Assembly: GCF_020745735.1 (NCBI RefSeq)
Contig: NC_083429.1
Span: 43,753,877-43,817,876 of the forward strand
DNA length: 64,000 bases
Source: Hemiscyllium ocellatum
Taxonomy: Eukaryota
Direction of reading: 5' to 3'
Positions 22,830-35,245 of the stretch are shown in pieces. The number at the start of each line of letters is the position of its first letter. Position 1 is the stretch's first letter. The translations under genes were made by a program, and so were the position numbers. Below the pieces are notes generated by a model. That model saw only the letters and a list, made by a program, of their open reading frames with translations. It was not told the origin of the DNA and ran no database searches.

Positions 22830-25800
22830 TTGGGATGTCATGTGTTGGAGAGGGGATCAGCAAAATGACAATAGCACCATGGTACAGAGAGATACTCAAG
22901 AGCAGGGAGAAAACAGGAATGTAGATGTAATCGGGGTAGTATAGTCAGGGGAAAGGTACCGTTCTGTGGCCAGGATCAAGATTCCCAAAGGCCGTGCTGC
23001 CTGCTTGGTGGTCTTATCTGGGCCACAGAAGAACCTGGTGCGGGAGGTGAAAGAACCAATTGTCATGATGATATAGATAGAATACAGATGATATAGGTAG
23101 AAAGAGAAAAGAGGTTCTGCTGAAGGAACAAGAGCAACAAGGACTAACTTAAAAAAGCTGAGCCAGAAAAGGTAATAATCCCTGGATTACTACCTTAGCC
23201 ATGAGCAAATTGACACAGGATCAACAAAATTAAAGAGGTAAACGCTTGGCTCAAAGATTGACATGGGAGAAACTGGTTTGAGTTCATGGGACATTGGCAC
23301 CAGTGCTGGGGAAGGCAGGAGCTATTCCGTTGGGACGACCTAAACCTGAAACATGCTGGGACCAGTTTCACTGTCAATCACATAGCTAGGGCTGGGAATA
23401 TGACTTCAAACTACATAGTGAGTGGGGGGAGCAGGATTTCAGTTGCATGGAAAATTATAGGAAAAGTTAAGGGTGGTGGGCTCAGCAAAGGTAATTAAAG
23501 TTTTCAGAACGAGTAATACGGCAGATTATGAAAGAATCAGGAATCTAACTTCAGGTATAGCAAATAAAGGGGACAAATATGAGAAAAGGGGTAGTTAATA
23601 AAGGGTCAAGGGCGCTGAAATGCCGCAATATACAAAACAAAGGTAAATGAGCTTGTAGCACAGATTGAAATTGGTTGGTTCAATGTTGTGGGTATCACAG
23701 ATGTGCCTACAAGGGGATCAGCGCTGGGAATTAAATATCCAAAGATACATGTCCTGTCGAAAGGATGAACAGATTGGCAAATGGGACAGGGTTGTCTTGT
23801 GAGTAAAAAACGAAATTAAATCGATCACAATGAGCGAGAGTCGGAAAACGGAGAATCTATGTGGGTAGAGTTGAGGATCTACAAAGAGAGAAAAGATCCT
23901 GAAGGGAGTTGTGTACAGACCTCCTAGCAGTAGTCAGATTGTGGGGAAGAAAATAAATCAAGAGATGGAAAAGCTATGTACGAAAGATACTATTACAATA
24001 ATCATACAAGACTTCACTATGCAGATGGACTGGAAAAATCAGGCTGATAGTGGATCTCAACAAAACAAACTTATGCAATATCCACAAGATAGATTTTTGG
24101 AACAGCTTTTCGTACAGCCAATTGGGAACAGGCAGTTCTGATTGTGGTGATGTATAATGAAGCAAACTTGATTAGGAAGCTTATTAGAATCCCCCTAGGT
24201 AGCAGAGACCATAATATGGTAGAATTCTGCAGTTTGAGCTGGACACGTTTGAATCAGATGTAATTGTTTTACAACTGAGTAAAGGCATGAGGGAGGAGCT
24301 GGCCAGTGTTAATTGGGAGGGGAGCCGAGTAGGTAGACAGTGGAGTAGCAATGGTACGAATTCCTTAGAGAGTAATTTGGAAGGCACAGCAGATATTCAA
24401 TCTGAGGAGAATAAACATAAGAGGAAGATGAGACAACCAGGGCTGACAAGGGAGGTCAGGGACAACACTAAAGCAAAGGAAAAAGCATACAATATGGTTA
24501 AGGTAAGTGGGAAGCCTGAGGGTTGGGAAGCCTCTACAAACCAACAGAGGATAACTAAAAAAAGCAGTTGGGTTGGCGGGGTTGCTTATGAGGGTAAATT
24601 AGCTAATTACATAAAAGAAAATCGCAAAAGTTTTTTTTCCGGCTATCTAAAAAGATAAGACAGAGGCAGGAGTGGACATTGGATACTTATAAATGAGACT
24701 GGAAAAGTAGCGTTGAGGATCAAATAACAGAAAAACTGAAGAGGTCATTTGCATCAGTTTCCACAGTGGAAGACACCAGCAGAATACCAGAACTTCAAAA
24801 GAGTCAGGAGACAGAGGTGAGTGTAGTGGCCATCACTAAGGAAAAGGTGCTGGGGAAGATGAAACGTCTCAAGGTCGATAAATCACATGGACCAGATGGA
24901 CTATACCCCAGAGTTCTGAGTGAAATAGTTGAGGAGATAGTAGAGGCATTGGTGTGATCTTTAAGGTATCATTGGAGTCAGGGAGGGTCCCAAAGGATCT
25001 GAAAACGGCAGCCTAACATTCCTGTTTATGAAGCAGGAAGGTGGCGCCAGTGGGAGATGGAGGCAGAAAACAGGAACCGATAAGGTCAGGCTAACTGGCC
25101 TATCATTTAGATCAGATTAGATTACTTAGTGTGGAAACAGGCCCTTCTGCCCAACAAGTCCATACTGACCCGCCAAAGCACAACCCACCCAGACCTCTAC
25201 CTTTACCCCTTCACCTAACACTACGGGCAATTTAGCATGGCCAATTCACCTAACCTGCACATTTTTGGACTGTGGGAGGAAACCCATGCAGACACAGGGA
25301 GAACATGCAAACTCCACACACAGTCAGTTGCCTGAGACGGGAATTGAACCCACGTCTCTGGTGCTGTGACACAGCAGTGCTAACCACTGTGCCACCCACT
25401 TATCATTGATAAGTTCTTATAGTCCGTTACTGAGGATGAGAATGCAGAATACTTTGAAACGTATAGTAAAACACGACTGAGCCAACACAACTTCAAGTGG
25501 AGGTCATGCGTGACAAATCTGTTCAAATTCTTTGGAGGAAGGTAATGAACATGCTAACAAAGGACAGCCAGTGGACGTGACCTATTTGGATTCCAGAAAG
25601 CCTGTGACAAACTGCCACACAGGAGACTGAAAAATAGGAGCCCATGGTGTTAGGGGCAAGCGGCATGGATACAGAATTGGTTGACCAATAGAAGGCAAAG
25701 AGTAGGGAATAAGGGGTCTTCTTAAGGATGACAGCTCGTGGCTAGAAGATTGCCACAGGAATCACTGTTTGGACCACAACTATTCACGCTATAAGTTAAT

Positions 25801-26704
25801 GATCTAGCTGAGGAACTGAATGAATTGTTGCTACATTTGGCGTGACAGAGGTAGGTGGAGGGACAGGTAGTGTTGAGGAAGCAGAGAGGCTGCAGAAAGA
25901 CTTGGACAGTGGAGTAGAGTGGGCGAAGAAGCGGGAAATAAAATATTATGTGGGAAAGTGTGAGGTTATGCACTTCGGTTGGAAGAGGAGGGGCATAAAA
26001 AATTTTCTAAATGGGGAAAAGCTTTGAAAATCTGAAGCACAAGGAACTTGGGAATTCTAGCTTAGGATTCTCTTAAGGCTAACATGTAGGCTCAGTTGGC
26101 AGTTAGGAAGTTAAAGGGCTAGAATACAAGAGATGTACAGCTGTAGAAGGCTCTCGTCAGACCATATTTTGAATACTGTGAGCAATTCTGGACCCTGTTT
26201 CTAAGGAAGAAGGGTCTTCCAGGCACTGAAGGGGCGTCAGAGGAGATTGGCAAGATCAAATCCTGGGAACAAGATCTTGCCATACAAGGAGCGGCTGAGG
26301 ACTCAGGGCCTGTAGTCATTGGGAGTTTAGAAAGATGGAGGGGATCTGATTGAAATGTAGAAAATATTGAGAGGCCTAAATAGAGCGAGCTATTTCCACT
26401 AGGAGGAGATACTAGAACTCAAGGGCACATTCTCAGAGTGAAGGGATGACCCTTTGGAGATGAGGAGGAATTTCTTCAGCCAGAAGTTGGTGAAGCCACA
26501 AAACTCATTGCTGCAGAGGGTGGTGGAAGCCAAGTCACTGAGTGTATTTAACACAGTGCATTAAGACAATAGGTTCTTGATTCGGAAGGAGATAAAGTAT
26601 TTTAGGAAGGAAGAAAGAATGCGGTTGAGAAACGTATCAGCCACGAATGGCAGAGTAGACTCGATGGACTGATTGGTCTAATTCTGCTCCATGTCTTATG
26701 GTCT
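22830..26704 (+). mobile_element. decayed long CR1 LINE (ORF1 esterase-like remnant, endonuclease, RT, 3' UTR) interrupted by an HE1 SINE
   Basis: Remnants YRPPSS, KSHGPDGLYPRVL, KCEVMHFG; 3' end TGTCTTATGGTCT; many stops and frameshifts. Confidence 0.88.
25107..25398 (-). mobile_element. HE1 / V-SINE
   Basis: Reverse complement of the 3671 copy; flanked by TATCATT repeats. Confidence 0.9.
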
Positions 26705-27268
26705 AATATTCCCCAATATTTAATATATTACTGTACAGAACACACAAAGATTGGTGCCAAGATTACAACAGGAGATAAGGATTTAAAAAACTGATCTAGG
26801 TTTTTTTAAACATCTATTAAGAGAGTACACAGCTGCTAATGGGTGAAAGGAATGAAGAGGTGGGGCAGTCATAATACCATCACAAGGGTCAGCTTTCACT
26901 AATCAGCAGATCCTCCCTGCCTGTAACTTGTTCGGACCAAACACACTGACTGGACTGAGGGTCTGCTGTTGCTAATACATTTTAAGCAGAATTATCTTCA
27001 TGCAATTTTAAAAACAAAAAGTGTTTTACAACATCAAAAGGGAGCCCCAGCATCAAAGAATGGCAGGAAATGGACTATATGATTACTGCCACATTATTGA
27101 GGGGGTAAGGAATGACGCCTTTTGTCAGCACTAACCTGAGCAGGACACAATTCTCTCTCTTCTATCCCATTCTTTCAAATAAAAATGGTAGGTGTTACAG
27201 CTAGGAGATGCTAATAAGTGACTGAATGGACTGTATCACAAAACTATTCATACAAAAATCACTCATAC

Positions 27269-27376
27269 CTCATTCAACTGCTTTCGAAGTTCCAGAATAT
27301 TATCCATATTGACATCTATAGATAAGTAGTAATGGGGGATAGTCTGCTTGGACTGCATAAGACGTTGGGCTATAAC
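27269..27376 (-). CDS. DLAT: DLAT exon 10
   Basis: [36 protein letters not shown]; 108 nt, phase 0-0. Confidence 0.97.
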
Positions 27377-27483
27377 CTAATAGCAAACCATAGAGGAGTC
27401 AGTGAATGGAAAATACAATGAGATATATTTGTTGTTTCCATTTAACAATCTAACCGGTCGCAATTTTGATAATTGTATCTTGC

Positions 27484-27564
27484 CTTTCGTATATTAGAGA
27501 TAGGAATATCTGTAAATGTTCCAGTAGGTACAGGTGCTACTCCAGGAGCAGTTGGAGCAGGAGT
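27484..27564 (-). CDS. DLAT: DLAT exon 9 (followed by a GC donor)
   Basis: TGTAG|[27 protein letters not shown]|GCAAGA. Confidence 0.92.
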
Positions 27565-27934
27565 CTACAAAACAAAAAGGCAAATGATCATTATGTTATG
27601 TGACATGACATATTACAGAAAGCAGCTAAAATCTACACAATTATTCTTATTATGTGTCACACTAATTCTATGCTCTTTGAATTGACTGCTTAAAAATTCA
27701 ACAAATGAAACCTTATATCACTATCACAAAAGGAGCTTACAAGTTTTTCCTTAATAGGCATTTTGCCTCTTCTGATCATTCATGATTTCTATGTACAACA
27801 CTTGCTCACTATACACCATGTCCTGTGACATCAGAGCAATTTCATGGGAAAACGTGTCAGTGGTATTTAGTATACAAGCTTTGACCTTCAGATCTATAAA
27901 TTTCTGACAAGGCCAAGATTTCTAGCTATCCTTT

Positions 27935-28320
27935 AATACCTGGAACTTGCAAGAAAGGAGGGACGTGATTGCACTGGAGAGGTGCAGAGGAGATTTACCA
28001 GCGTGTTGCCTGGGCTGGACAGTTCTGTTCTGTACAGAGATTGAATAGATATGGATGGTTTTCCCTGACATCATCGATGTAATGAGGGAAACCGATAGGG
28101 TGGACAGGAAGGAATTTATCCCCTTGTTGGGGAATCAATACACTTAAGGTAAGGGGCGGGAAGTTTAGTAGGAACGTGAGGTAAAACATTTTCCCCAGAA
28201 CGTGATGGGAATCTGAAAGTTACTGTCTTACTTGACAGGGTAGTAGAGGCAGATACCCTCTTAATATTTAAGAAGTGTTTAGATATGCAGCTGCGATAAC
28301 AAGTGCTAGAAAATGGATTA
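27935..28320 (+). mobile_element. CR1 LINE 3' fragment
   Basis: GACGTGATTGCACTGGAGAGGTGCAGAGGAGATTTACC... matches the CR1 ORF2 end. Confidence 0.75.
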
Positions 28321-28489
28321 GTAGATTCTGAAGACCTTTGTGACAATCTGAACAGGATATTCAAGAAGGTAGAGTTGAGTCTCCTACTTGAACTGCTACA
28401 GTTTCTGTGCTGTAGGCATATTTAAAGTGTTATTGAGGCAGACTGATGCAACCAAGCAGCTTATTTCAAAGGGCAGTCAAGTATCAAAT

Positions 28490-28712
28490 ACATTGTTTTA
28501 GGTCTGGAATCTCAAGACCAGGCAACAATTCGGATTTTCTTTCAACAATCAGTAAGCTCATGATTATTAATTAAGCTACCATTTTATTCCAGATTTATTT
28601 TATTAGTCAAACTTAAGTTTCCGGCTGTTGTGGTGGGCTTTGCATTTGTGTCCAGAACACTAGACCAAGCTACTGAATTACTAGCCCAGAAATATTACCA
28701 GCATGCTACAAT
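28490..28712 (-). mobile_element. old tRNA-derived SINE (same family as 49236-49672)
   Basis: Reverse-complement similarity (TGTTTTAGGTCTGGAATCTCA..., ATTACTAGCCCAG..ATTACCA). Confidence 0.55.
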
Positions 28713-29174
28713 ACACATTAATGACTTGGACGATGGAAGTGAATGTACGGTAATACTGTAAACGTCACTTTGCTGAAGCAATGAATTGGAATTAGAGAAT
28801 GCTGCAATAGTTTTAATCTTATCATGATCTCATTAAATGGCAGAGCAGACGCAAGGAATGAAATGGCTTACTCCTGTCTCAACTAAACAAATCAAGAACT
28901 CTCAAAACTGGAGTCCAATTTACAAATATTTATTTTTCTAGAATCAGAATTTTTGGAACTACAGCAATATTTCCACCTTGAAATTTCATTCTTCAATGGA
29001 AAAGTGAACTATAGAGTTTTCAGAGATTTAACTGCATAGTTTCAAAAGTCAGAACTCCTGAGTAATCTGCATGTAATGTAATACTACTGCAGCCTGTAAA
29101 GTATTCTGTTTATACAATCTCAGATCTGAAAGTGGTAGATTTAAATTATTTAGAGTTATCTTAAACAAACTTAC

Positions 29175-29242
29175 TGGGACGACCTTTGAAGGCACAAATG
29201 AGTCAACATCTTTTTTCCTGATTTGACCATCGGGTCCAGTAC
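29175..29242 (-). CDS. DLAT: DLAT exon 8
   Basis: GTGPDGQIRKKDVDSFVPSKVVP (peripheral subunit-binding domain); 68 nt. Confidence 0.97.
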
Positions 29243-29499
29243 CTAAGTAAAGAAAATGCAACAATTAAGAGACAAACATCAATAATAATCAGCTCCCCCC
29301 TTCAGCTGGTTTAAGGTTTAACATATCAATGCCGTTTTCAAGGAGGACTAAGTCTTATGCATCCTTGGTGTTAAATTCATGACAAAATATTTCAACGGTG
29401 TTTTACTTGCATAACTCTCCAAGGGCAATTTCATTCTCAAGTGTTAGTAGATTATTATACTGTAACGGCAGATCAGTATATTTTGAAAAAGATCTGTAA

Positions 29500-29960
29500 A
29501 ATCTTTATGCTTTAAAAGAGATACATTTATGGCCTTGAAATACATCTCAAATCTGCCATAACAACTTTTACTAATCCGTGACATTATTATTATGCCACTG
29601 CCTCTGCTTCTTCACACACAATTAACTGCTTTGACAGACAGTGGCCACCGTGTAGCTGAACAGAGCAGAGATTTTGCACACGGCAAAGACAAACAAACAA
29701 ACAGGAAATGAATTTGTTTTTGCCAGTGTTTGCTGAGGATTGCAAATCAAGATGCTAGGATCCCCTGCACTTGTGAAGTATGCTGGAGAAGTTTTATGTT
29801 TTTTTTTCCTGAATGGACAGGTTTGACCTTAACACTTTGTTGTAAGATGAAGCCTTTGACAATGCAACACTACCCCCAAAACGTAAGCCAAAATAAAAAA
29901 GGAGTGGTTCTGAATCCACAAACTTCAGATTTTGAGACAAAAATCCTACTGATTGAATCA
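29500..29960 (-). mobile_element. Deu-domain SINE (SacSINE1-like), diverged
   Basis: - strand tRNA-like head (AGAATCTGAAGTTTGTGGATTCAGA) followed by TTGCCGTGTGCAAAATCTCTGC, like the Deu domain. Confidence 0.55.
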
Positions 29961-30051
29961 AGCCAACAAAAGATCCCCTAGGCACGAACATAGATATATC
30001 AACCCCAATGCAGTTACAAACCAACTCTATTTCAATTTTCATGCGACTTAC

Positions 30052-30196
30052 CTTTCACTTGTCGGAGGTCAATGCCCTTATCAGCTGCCAGTTTCTTTGC
30101 CAAGGGACTAGCAAATACTCGACCTTTGGGATCTCTAGGCTTGACTGGAGGAGAAACAGTGGGTGCTGCCACAGGCTGTTGTACAACAGAGGCAGG
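30052..30196 (-). CDS. DLAT: DLAT exon 7
   Basis: [48 protein letters not shown]; 145 nt. Confidence 0.96.
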
Positions 30197-30384
30197 CTGC
30201 AATAAATTTCAGAAGTTAGAAACAAATTATAATTCAAGCACTCATTAAGTCAAAATATTGCAACTGCCAAATGACGAATGTACATCCCACACAATGGGAG
30301 AGAGAAAACCGTTGTTTTATTGAAAAGATTTGAAGCTCCACGTGTATTTTTCTGCAGATTTGTTGGCATGATATAGTTTCTTAC

Positions 30385-30566
30385 CGGAGTTGGTGGAGAA
30401 GGTTGAGGCTTAGTATCAGTAACTCCAGTTTCCACATAATCGGCAAATGCTGAAATGTCCGATTCCTTCTCTACAATGATGCACAGTGTTGTCCCAAGGG
30501 GAACATCACGGGTACCCTCAGGTACCAGAATCTTGGCTAAATAACCTTCTTCCATTATTTCAAAAC
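30385..30566 (-). CDS. DLAT: DLAT exon 6 (lipoyl domain 2, C-terminal part)
   Basis: [44 protein letters not shown]...PSPPTP|GTAAGA. Confidence 0.97.
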
Positions 30567-30944
30567 CTAAGAGATGCAATAGATAATTTATAATATAATA
30601 CTTTCATAAATTTCGTATTCCTGTTGGCAGTTTCTATTATGTGTCACACTATTTGATCAATTGATAAAGGGCTTCCTAACTTCCTTCCTGACTAATAAAA
30701 ATCTGTAAAATCTCCCCTCTGGAAACACTGAATTAAATTATCATATTTTTCTTACATACTGCTCATTTTGCACACAAATTTGGAAAGGTTTCAACATTTT
30801 CACAAAATAACCCCAGGAGTCAATGACCACAGTGTCACATTACAAATTTTCCTAACATCAAGAGTTACCTACACAAAGCCATCCCAATTGGCCAAGACAA
30901 CAAATTAACTATAATCTCCCTGCTATGGTGACAGTGTAACGTTT

Positions 30945-31301
30945 ATGTTGTAAGTTTGCTCACAGAGCTGGCAGGTTTGTTTTCAGATGTTTCGTCACCA
31001 TGCTAGGTAACATCAGTGAGCCTCCGGTGAAGTGCCGGTGTTCTGTCCCGATTTCAATGTGTGTGTCTTGATCTCTTACGGCGGGTAACATCATTTCCGG
31101 TTCATTTACCAACCTCTTGAGAAAAAGGGAGTCCAAATCGATGTGTGTAAGAGATCAAGACACACAAACAAGTTGGAACAGAACAGCAGCACTTCACCAG
31201 AGACTCACTGATGATGTTACTTAGCATGGTGACAAAACATCCGAAAACAAACCTGCCAGCTCAGCGAGTTGTAGCTGAACTACAAACCTTCTCCAAAATC
31301 G
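30945..31301. mobile_element. PLE-derived foldback element (family C), decayed hammerheads
   Basis: Inverted arms (GAGCTGGCAGGTTTGTTTTC / GAAAACAAACCTGCCAGCTC); CTGATGATGTTACTTAGCATGGTGACAAAACATC; degenerate flanking repeat ACAGTGTAA / ACAGTATAA. Confidence 0.8.
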
Positions 31302-31445
31302 TACAGTATAATGCCTGCAACTACTTTAGGCAACAGTGAAAAATGCTAGATTTCAGGTCCACACAAACCCCTTGACCACATTTACTGCTTTTAAAATGCT
31401 GCTCAGTGTACAGCGTTGTATTGTTTCCCTCAAGCCAACGCATAC

Positions 31446-31572
31446 CTATTGTTGCTTTATCTGTTTCAATCTCAGCTATAAGGTCACCTTCACGCAACTT
31501 TTCGCCCACCTTCTTCTCCCATCGTTGAATAGTACCAACTGTCATTGTTGGAGAAAGAGCAGGTAGGGTAAT
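31446..31572 (-). CDS. DLAT: DLAT exon 5 (lipoyl domain 2, lipoyl-Lys in ETDKA)
   Basis: [42 protein letters not shown]; 127 nt. Confidence 0.97.
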
Positions 31573-32039
31573 CTGCAAAAAGATAGTGTATTTTGGTGTT
31601 ACAATCACCATAAAGCTGAACATTTGGACTTGTGGTTTAAGACAAAGGCGTGTTGCACGGATCAAATTTATCAAGACATTTTGTAAACTGACTGGAAAAG
31701 GTCAAATGAAATTGGAAGTCACAACATCTAGGTCATGTGATTGAAAAGGCTATAGAGAACAAAACTAGAATTTTAAAATTATACGTTTAAGGATCTGAAA
31801 CTCGCCAGATCTTGTTTCCTTCACTTATTATGCCGCATTCAATTCAGCCAGAATACACTCTGCCAAAGTAGGGACAGGATAGATCAAGAAAATTACACAT
31901 TAACATGTTATGTACACCACTGTTCCCTTAGGTACTATTCCCATTTCAACAGGGTTCCAAATAGACCCATTTGCTCCAAAAATGTATGTTAATTGTCAAG
32001 ATTTTAACATGAGTTGAATGTTTTCCATTGTTTTGGAGC

Positions 32040-34060
32040 TACAACAAACACATCAACCTTCAATAAGAAAAACCAGCAAGTTTCTTTAATACAATACTTC
32101 ACTGGAGTTTTCTGAAATAAAATTTGACAGCAGTCCACATTAGGAGATTTTACAGATGAGCAAAGGTCTGGCCAAAGATGTACGTTACATAGAGCATCTC
32201 AAAGCAGGAGAGACAGAGTGGTTCGTGGAGACAATGTCAAAGATTATGGCTTTAGCAGCTGAGGCTGATGAAGTAATTGACATTTTCACTGTAAAGAATT
32301 GGAGGAGTTCAGATATCTGAAGGCTTTGAAGCTGGAGGAGCTTGCAGTGACAAGATGGGTCACATCTTAAAATGATCTGAAAACAAGAACAAAAAGTGAG
32401 ATGTTGCTAAACATCAAACCAGCAGAGGAACAATGGGTGGACAGGGCTTGGTGTATGTAAGGACAATGACAGCAGACTTTTAGCTGAAAACTATGTTTGT
32501 AAGGATGCACAACATGGGAAACCAACCAGAAGTGCACTAGAATATTCAAGTTTCAAGATAACAAAGAAGCGAATAAGGGTTTCAGCAGATGAGTGCAGAC
32601 AGAAACCAGGTAACAATTTGGAAATAGGTAATCTCAGATATAGCATGAAATGTGGACAAGAGTTCATTTTCAGGTTAGAAATGACTATAACATTGCACCA
32701 GTTCAGTCTCAGATAGTTGCCAGGAAAGGGACACAGTTGGTGCAGACAGAACAGCACCTGAGATGTCCTCAGCCTTTCAACTATTTATTTGGTGGAATGT
32801 TCCTGCTCACCCAGTACTGAATGTTAGATAAGCAATTGGATCATTTACTTTGTGGGAACAAAAATCAAGAGATAGTCATAGAGATGTACAGCACGGAAAC
32901 AGACACTTCAGTCCAACTTGTCCATGCCAACCAATATCCCAACCCAATTTAGTCCCACCTGCCAGCACCCAGCCCATATTACTCCAAACACTTCCTATTC
33001 ATATACCCATTCATATGACTTTTAAATGTTGCAATTGTACTAGCCTCCACCACTTCCGCTGGCAGTCCATTCCACACATGTATCATCCTCTGCGTGAAAA
33101 TTTGCCTCTTTGTTCTCTTTTATATCTTTCCCCTCACCCTAAACCTACGCCCTCTAGTTCTGGACTCCCCCATCCTAGGGAAAATACCTTTTCTAAATAC
33201 CCTATCCACGCCCCTCATGATTTTATAAACCTCCATAAGGTTACCCTTCAGCCTCCAACGCTCCAGGGAAAACAGCCCCAGACTAATCAACCTCTCCCTA
33301 TAGCTCAAATCCTCCAACCCTGGCAACATCTTTGTAAACTGGAGGGGCTAGGGATAGATCCTTGGGGGACACCAGGGATAACAGAATGCATGCATTGGCC
33401 TAAGTAGTCTGAAGAGGAAGATGGTTTGAACAATCATATCAAAAAGGTAGATAGTTACAAGGAGGAGTACTTTACTATGAACACAGTTGGAAGGAATGCA
33501 ATTTGAGACTTTGGGAAAGACCAGTTTTGGTGTTGTGATAGGGACAGGAACATGAATTAAGGGATTCAAACAGATAATTCAAGAGATGACAACATGTTTA
33601 ATGACTTTGGAAAGGAGGTGTATAATGAAGACAGAACAGTAGTTTGCAAGGAAGGAGGGGGAAGGGATTTTTTTTTAGGAGGCACTAAAACAGTATTAGA
33701 GTTCCACTCACACTATCAACTAAAGTCAAATCCAGAAAGACAAAGCTGGTGATCAGCAGTCTAAGAGGAAGCCAGTCTAGAGGTAAGATAAGCTTGGAAA
33801 GAGCACAAGATGATATGGAAGACAGGAAGTTGCATGTTCAGAAATCTTGGGCAAATCAAGACAACAGGAAATCTTGAAGTTTGGTTAGGTGAACTAGGGA
33901 ATGAAAAGCAGGAGTAGCTGATCAAATAGTTTCAATCTTAATGCCAAAGTAGTCCATGAGCTCCTCACATTTGTGTTGGAGTCAAGCTGAAGTAGTCAAG
34001 GGTAAGAGATTTAAGATAACAGTTTTCTGTAGAGAAAGGAAATTTACTTTTTGTTTCAAT
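32040..34060 (-). mobile_element. old L2 LINE fragment, interrupted by a CR1
   Basis: - strand SSAETLIRFFVILKLEYSSALLVGFP resembles L2 ORF2 AETLIHAFVTSRLDYSNALLAGLP. Confidence 0.65.
32868..33337 (-). mobile_element. CR1/HER1 LINE 3' fragment
   Basis: ORF 33120-33329 LPGLEDLSYRERL...GESRTRG; 3' tail (CTCTATGA)n. Confidence 0.93.
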
Positions 34061-34069
34061 CCCAGGATG

Positions 34070-34305
34070 GGGCTTGTGGACATTGGTTCAAAATCTGAAA
34101 GTTTAAAAATGCTAATTTAATGGCAACAATTGCTAACAGTCATAACAAACATCTGGTCCATTAACATCCTTTCATCTTCACTTGGTATAGCATGTGACTC
34201 CAGACCCAATTTTAACTGTCCTTGAAATCAGGTCAAAGGCAATTAGCAATGGGAACAAACGCCAGAATTGCCAGTGACACCTACATCTCATGTCAGAATA
34301 AAAAA
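34070..34305 (+). mobile_element. old SINE (family of 49236-49672)
   Basis: Shared CATCTGGTCCATTAACATCCTT...GTGACTCCAGACCC...GGCAATTAG..ATGGG..CAAA. Confidence 0.55.
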
Positions 34306-34347
34306 ATGATGAAGAACTACTCACATTTCCATTTTCGTTTTGCTCAC

Positions 34348-34498
34348 CTTCATGTGGGGAGGATAAGAACTGCCTGGAGCTTTGGGTGGAGCGGAGGGTG
34401 TGGAAGAGGGTGCAGCAGCTGCTGGAGGTGGTGGGCCAGAAGCAGCTGCCACCGCTGCCTCTGGAGTGTAATCCTTAAAAGCTTCAATATCCTCAGGT
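34348..34498 (-). CDS. DLAT: DLAT exon 4 (Ala/Pro-rich linker)
   Basis: [50 protein letters not shown]|GTGAGC. Confidence 0.97.
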
Positions 34499-34782
34499 CT
34501 AAACAACAAGTGACAAGAAAAAATGTTTACACTTTGTCATAACAAACATAACAAAACACCTTACCAGCAGCATGACTTAAACAGTGTCACCAGAATTAAA
34601 AGATGTATGGCCATATGTGACCAATCAAGCCCAGCCTATTCAGGACGGTATAGCTTCTTACAACTCATCCTTTCACCATCATATGGCAACATGCAAAAGG
34701 CTTCAAAATAAACCACAACTGGCCAATTTAAGGAAATAAAACTTCTTCGAAATTTTCCCTCAACCCAGGGCAAACAAGCAGA

Positions 34783-35001
34783 GTAAAAAGTGAGGTCTGC
34801 AGATGCTGGAGATCAGAGCTGAAAATGTGTTGCTGGTTAAAGCACAGCAGGTTAGGCAGCATCCAAGGAACAGGAAATTCGACGTTTCGGGCCAGAGCCC
34901 TTCATCAGGGATTCCTGAAGGGCTCCCGGCCCGAAACGTCGAATTTCCTGTTCCTTGGATGCTGCCTGACCTGCTGTGCTTTAACCAGCAACACATTTTC
35001 A
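34783..35001. mobile_element. young PLE-derived foldback element (family A) with intact hammerhead core
   Basis: About 87-bp near-perfect inverted arms (34818-34904 / 34916-35003); - strand CTGATGAAGGGCTCTGGCCCGAAACGTC at 34881-34908; 13-bp TSD GCAAACAAGCAGA at 34770-34782 and 35002-35014. Confidence 0.9.
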
Positions 35002-35069
35002 GCAAACAAGCAGATCCCAAGTCATCAAAGCAATTTCCAATACGCAATATACATGTTTGGGCTTTCAGC

Positions 35070-35245
35070 CTGGGCTCAGTGAAACAGTGTTATCCAAATC
35101 AGAAGGTTGTGGACTCAAAATCCTGTCCAAGACTTAGCACCAAATCCAGGTTGACAGCGCCTGTAGTACTGAGGGTGCACTGCATGTGTAAGCACCATCT
35201 TTAGGATCCAGCTTCAAACCAAGGAAATGTCTGTACTGACGTGGA
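35070..35245 (+). mobile_element. Deu-domain SINE (SacSINE1-like), 5' part
   Basis: GGCTCAGTG...CAGAAGGTTGTGGACTCAAAATCC...GTACTGAGGG. Confidence 0.6.

Noticed and set aside
34760-35204. Mirror-image ORFs on both strands (MCCWLKHSR...)
   Set aside because: Artefact of the palindromic foldback element; the same peptide recurs at 17220-17405
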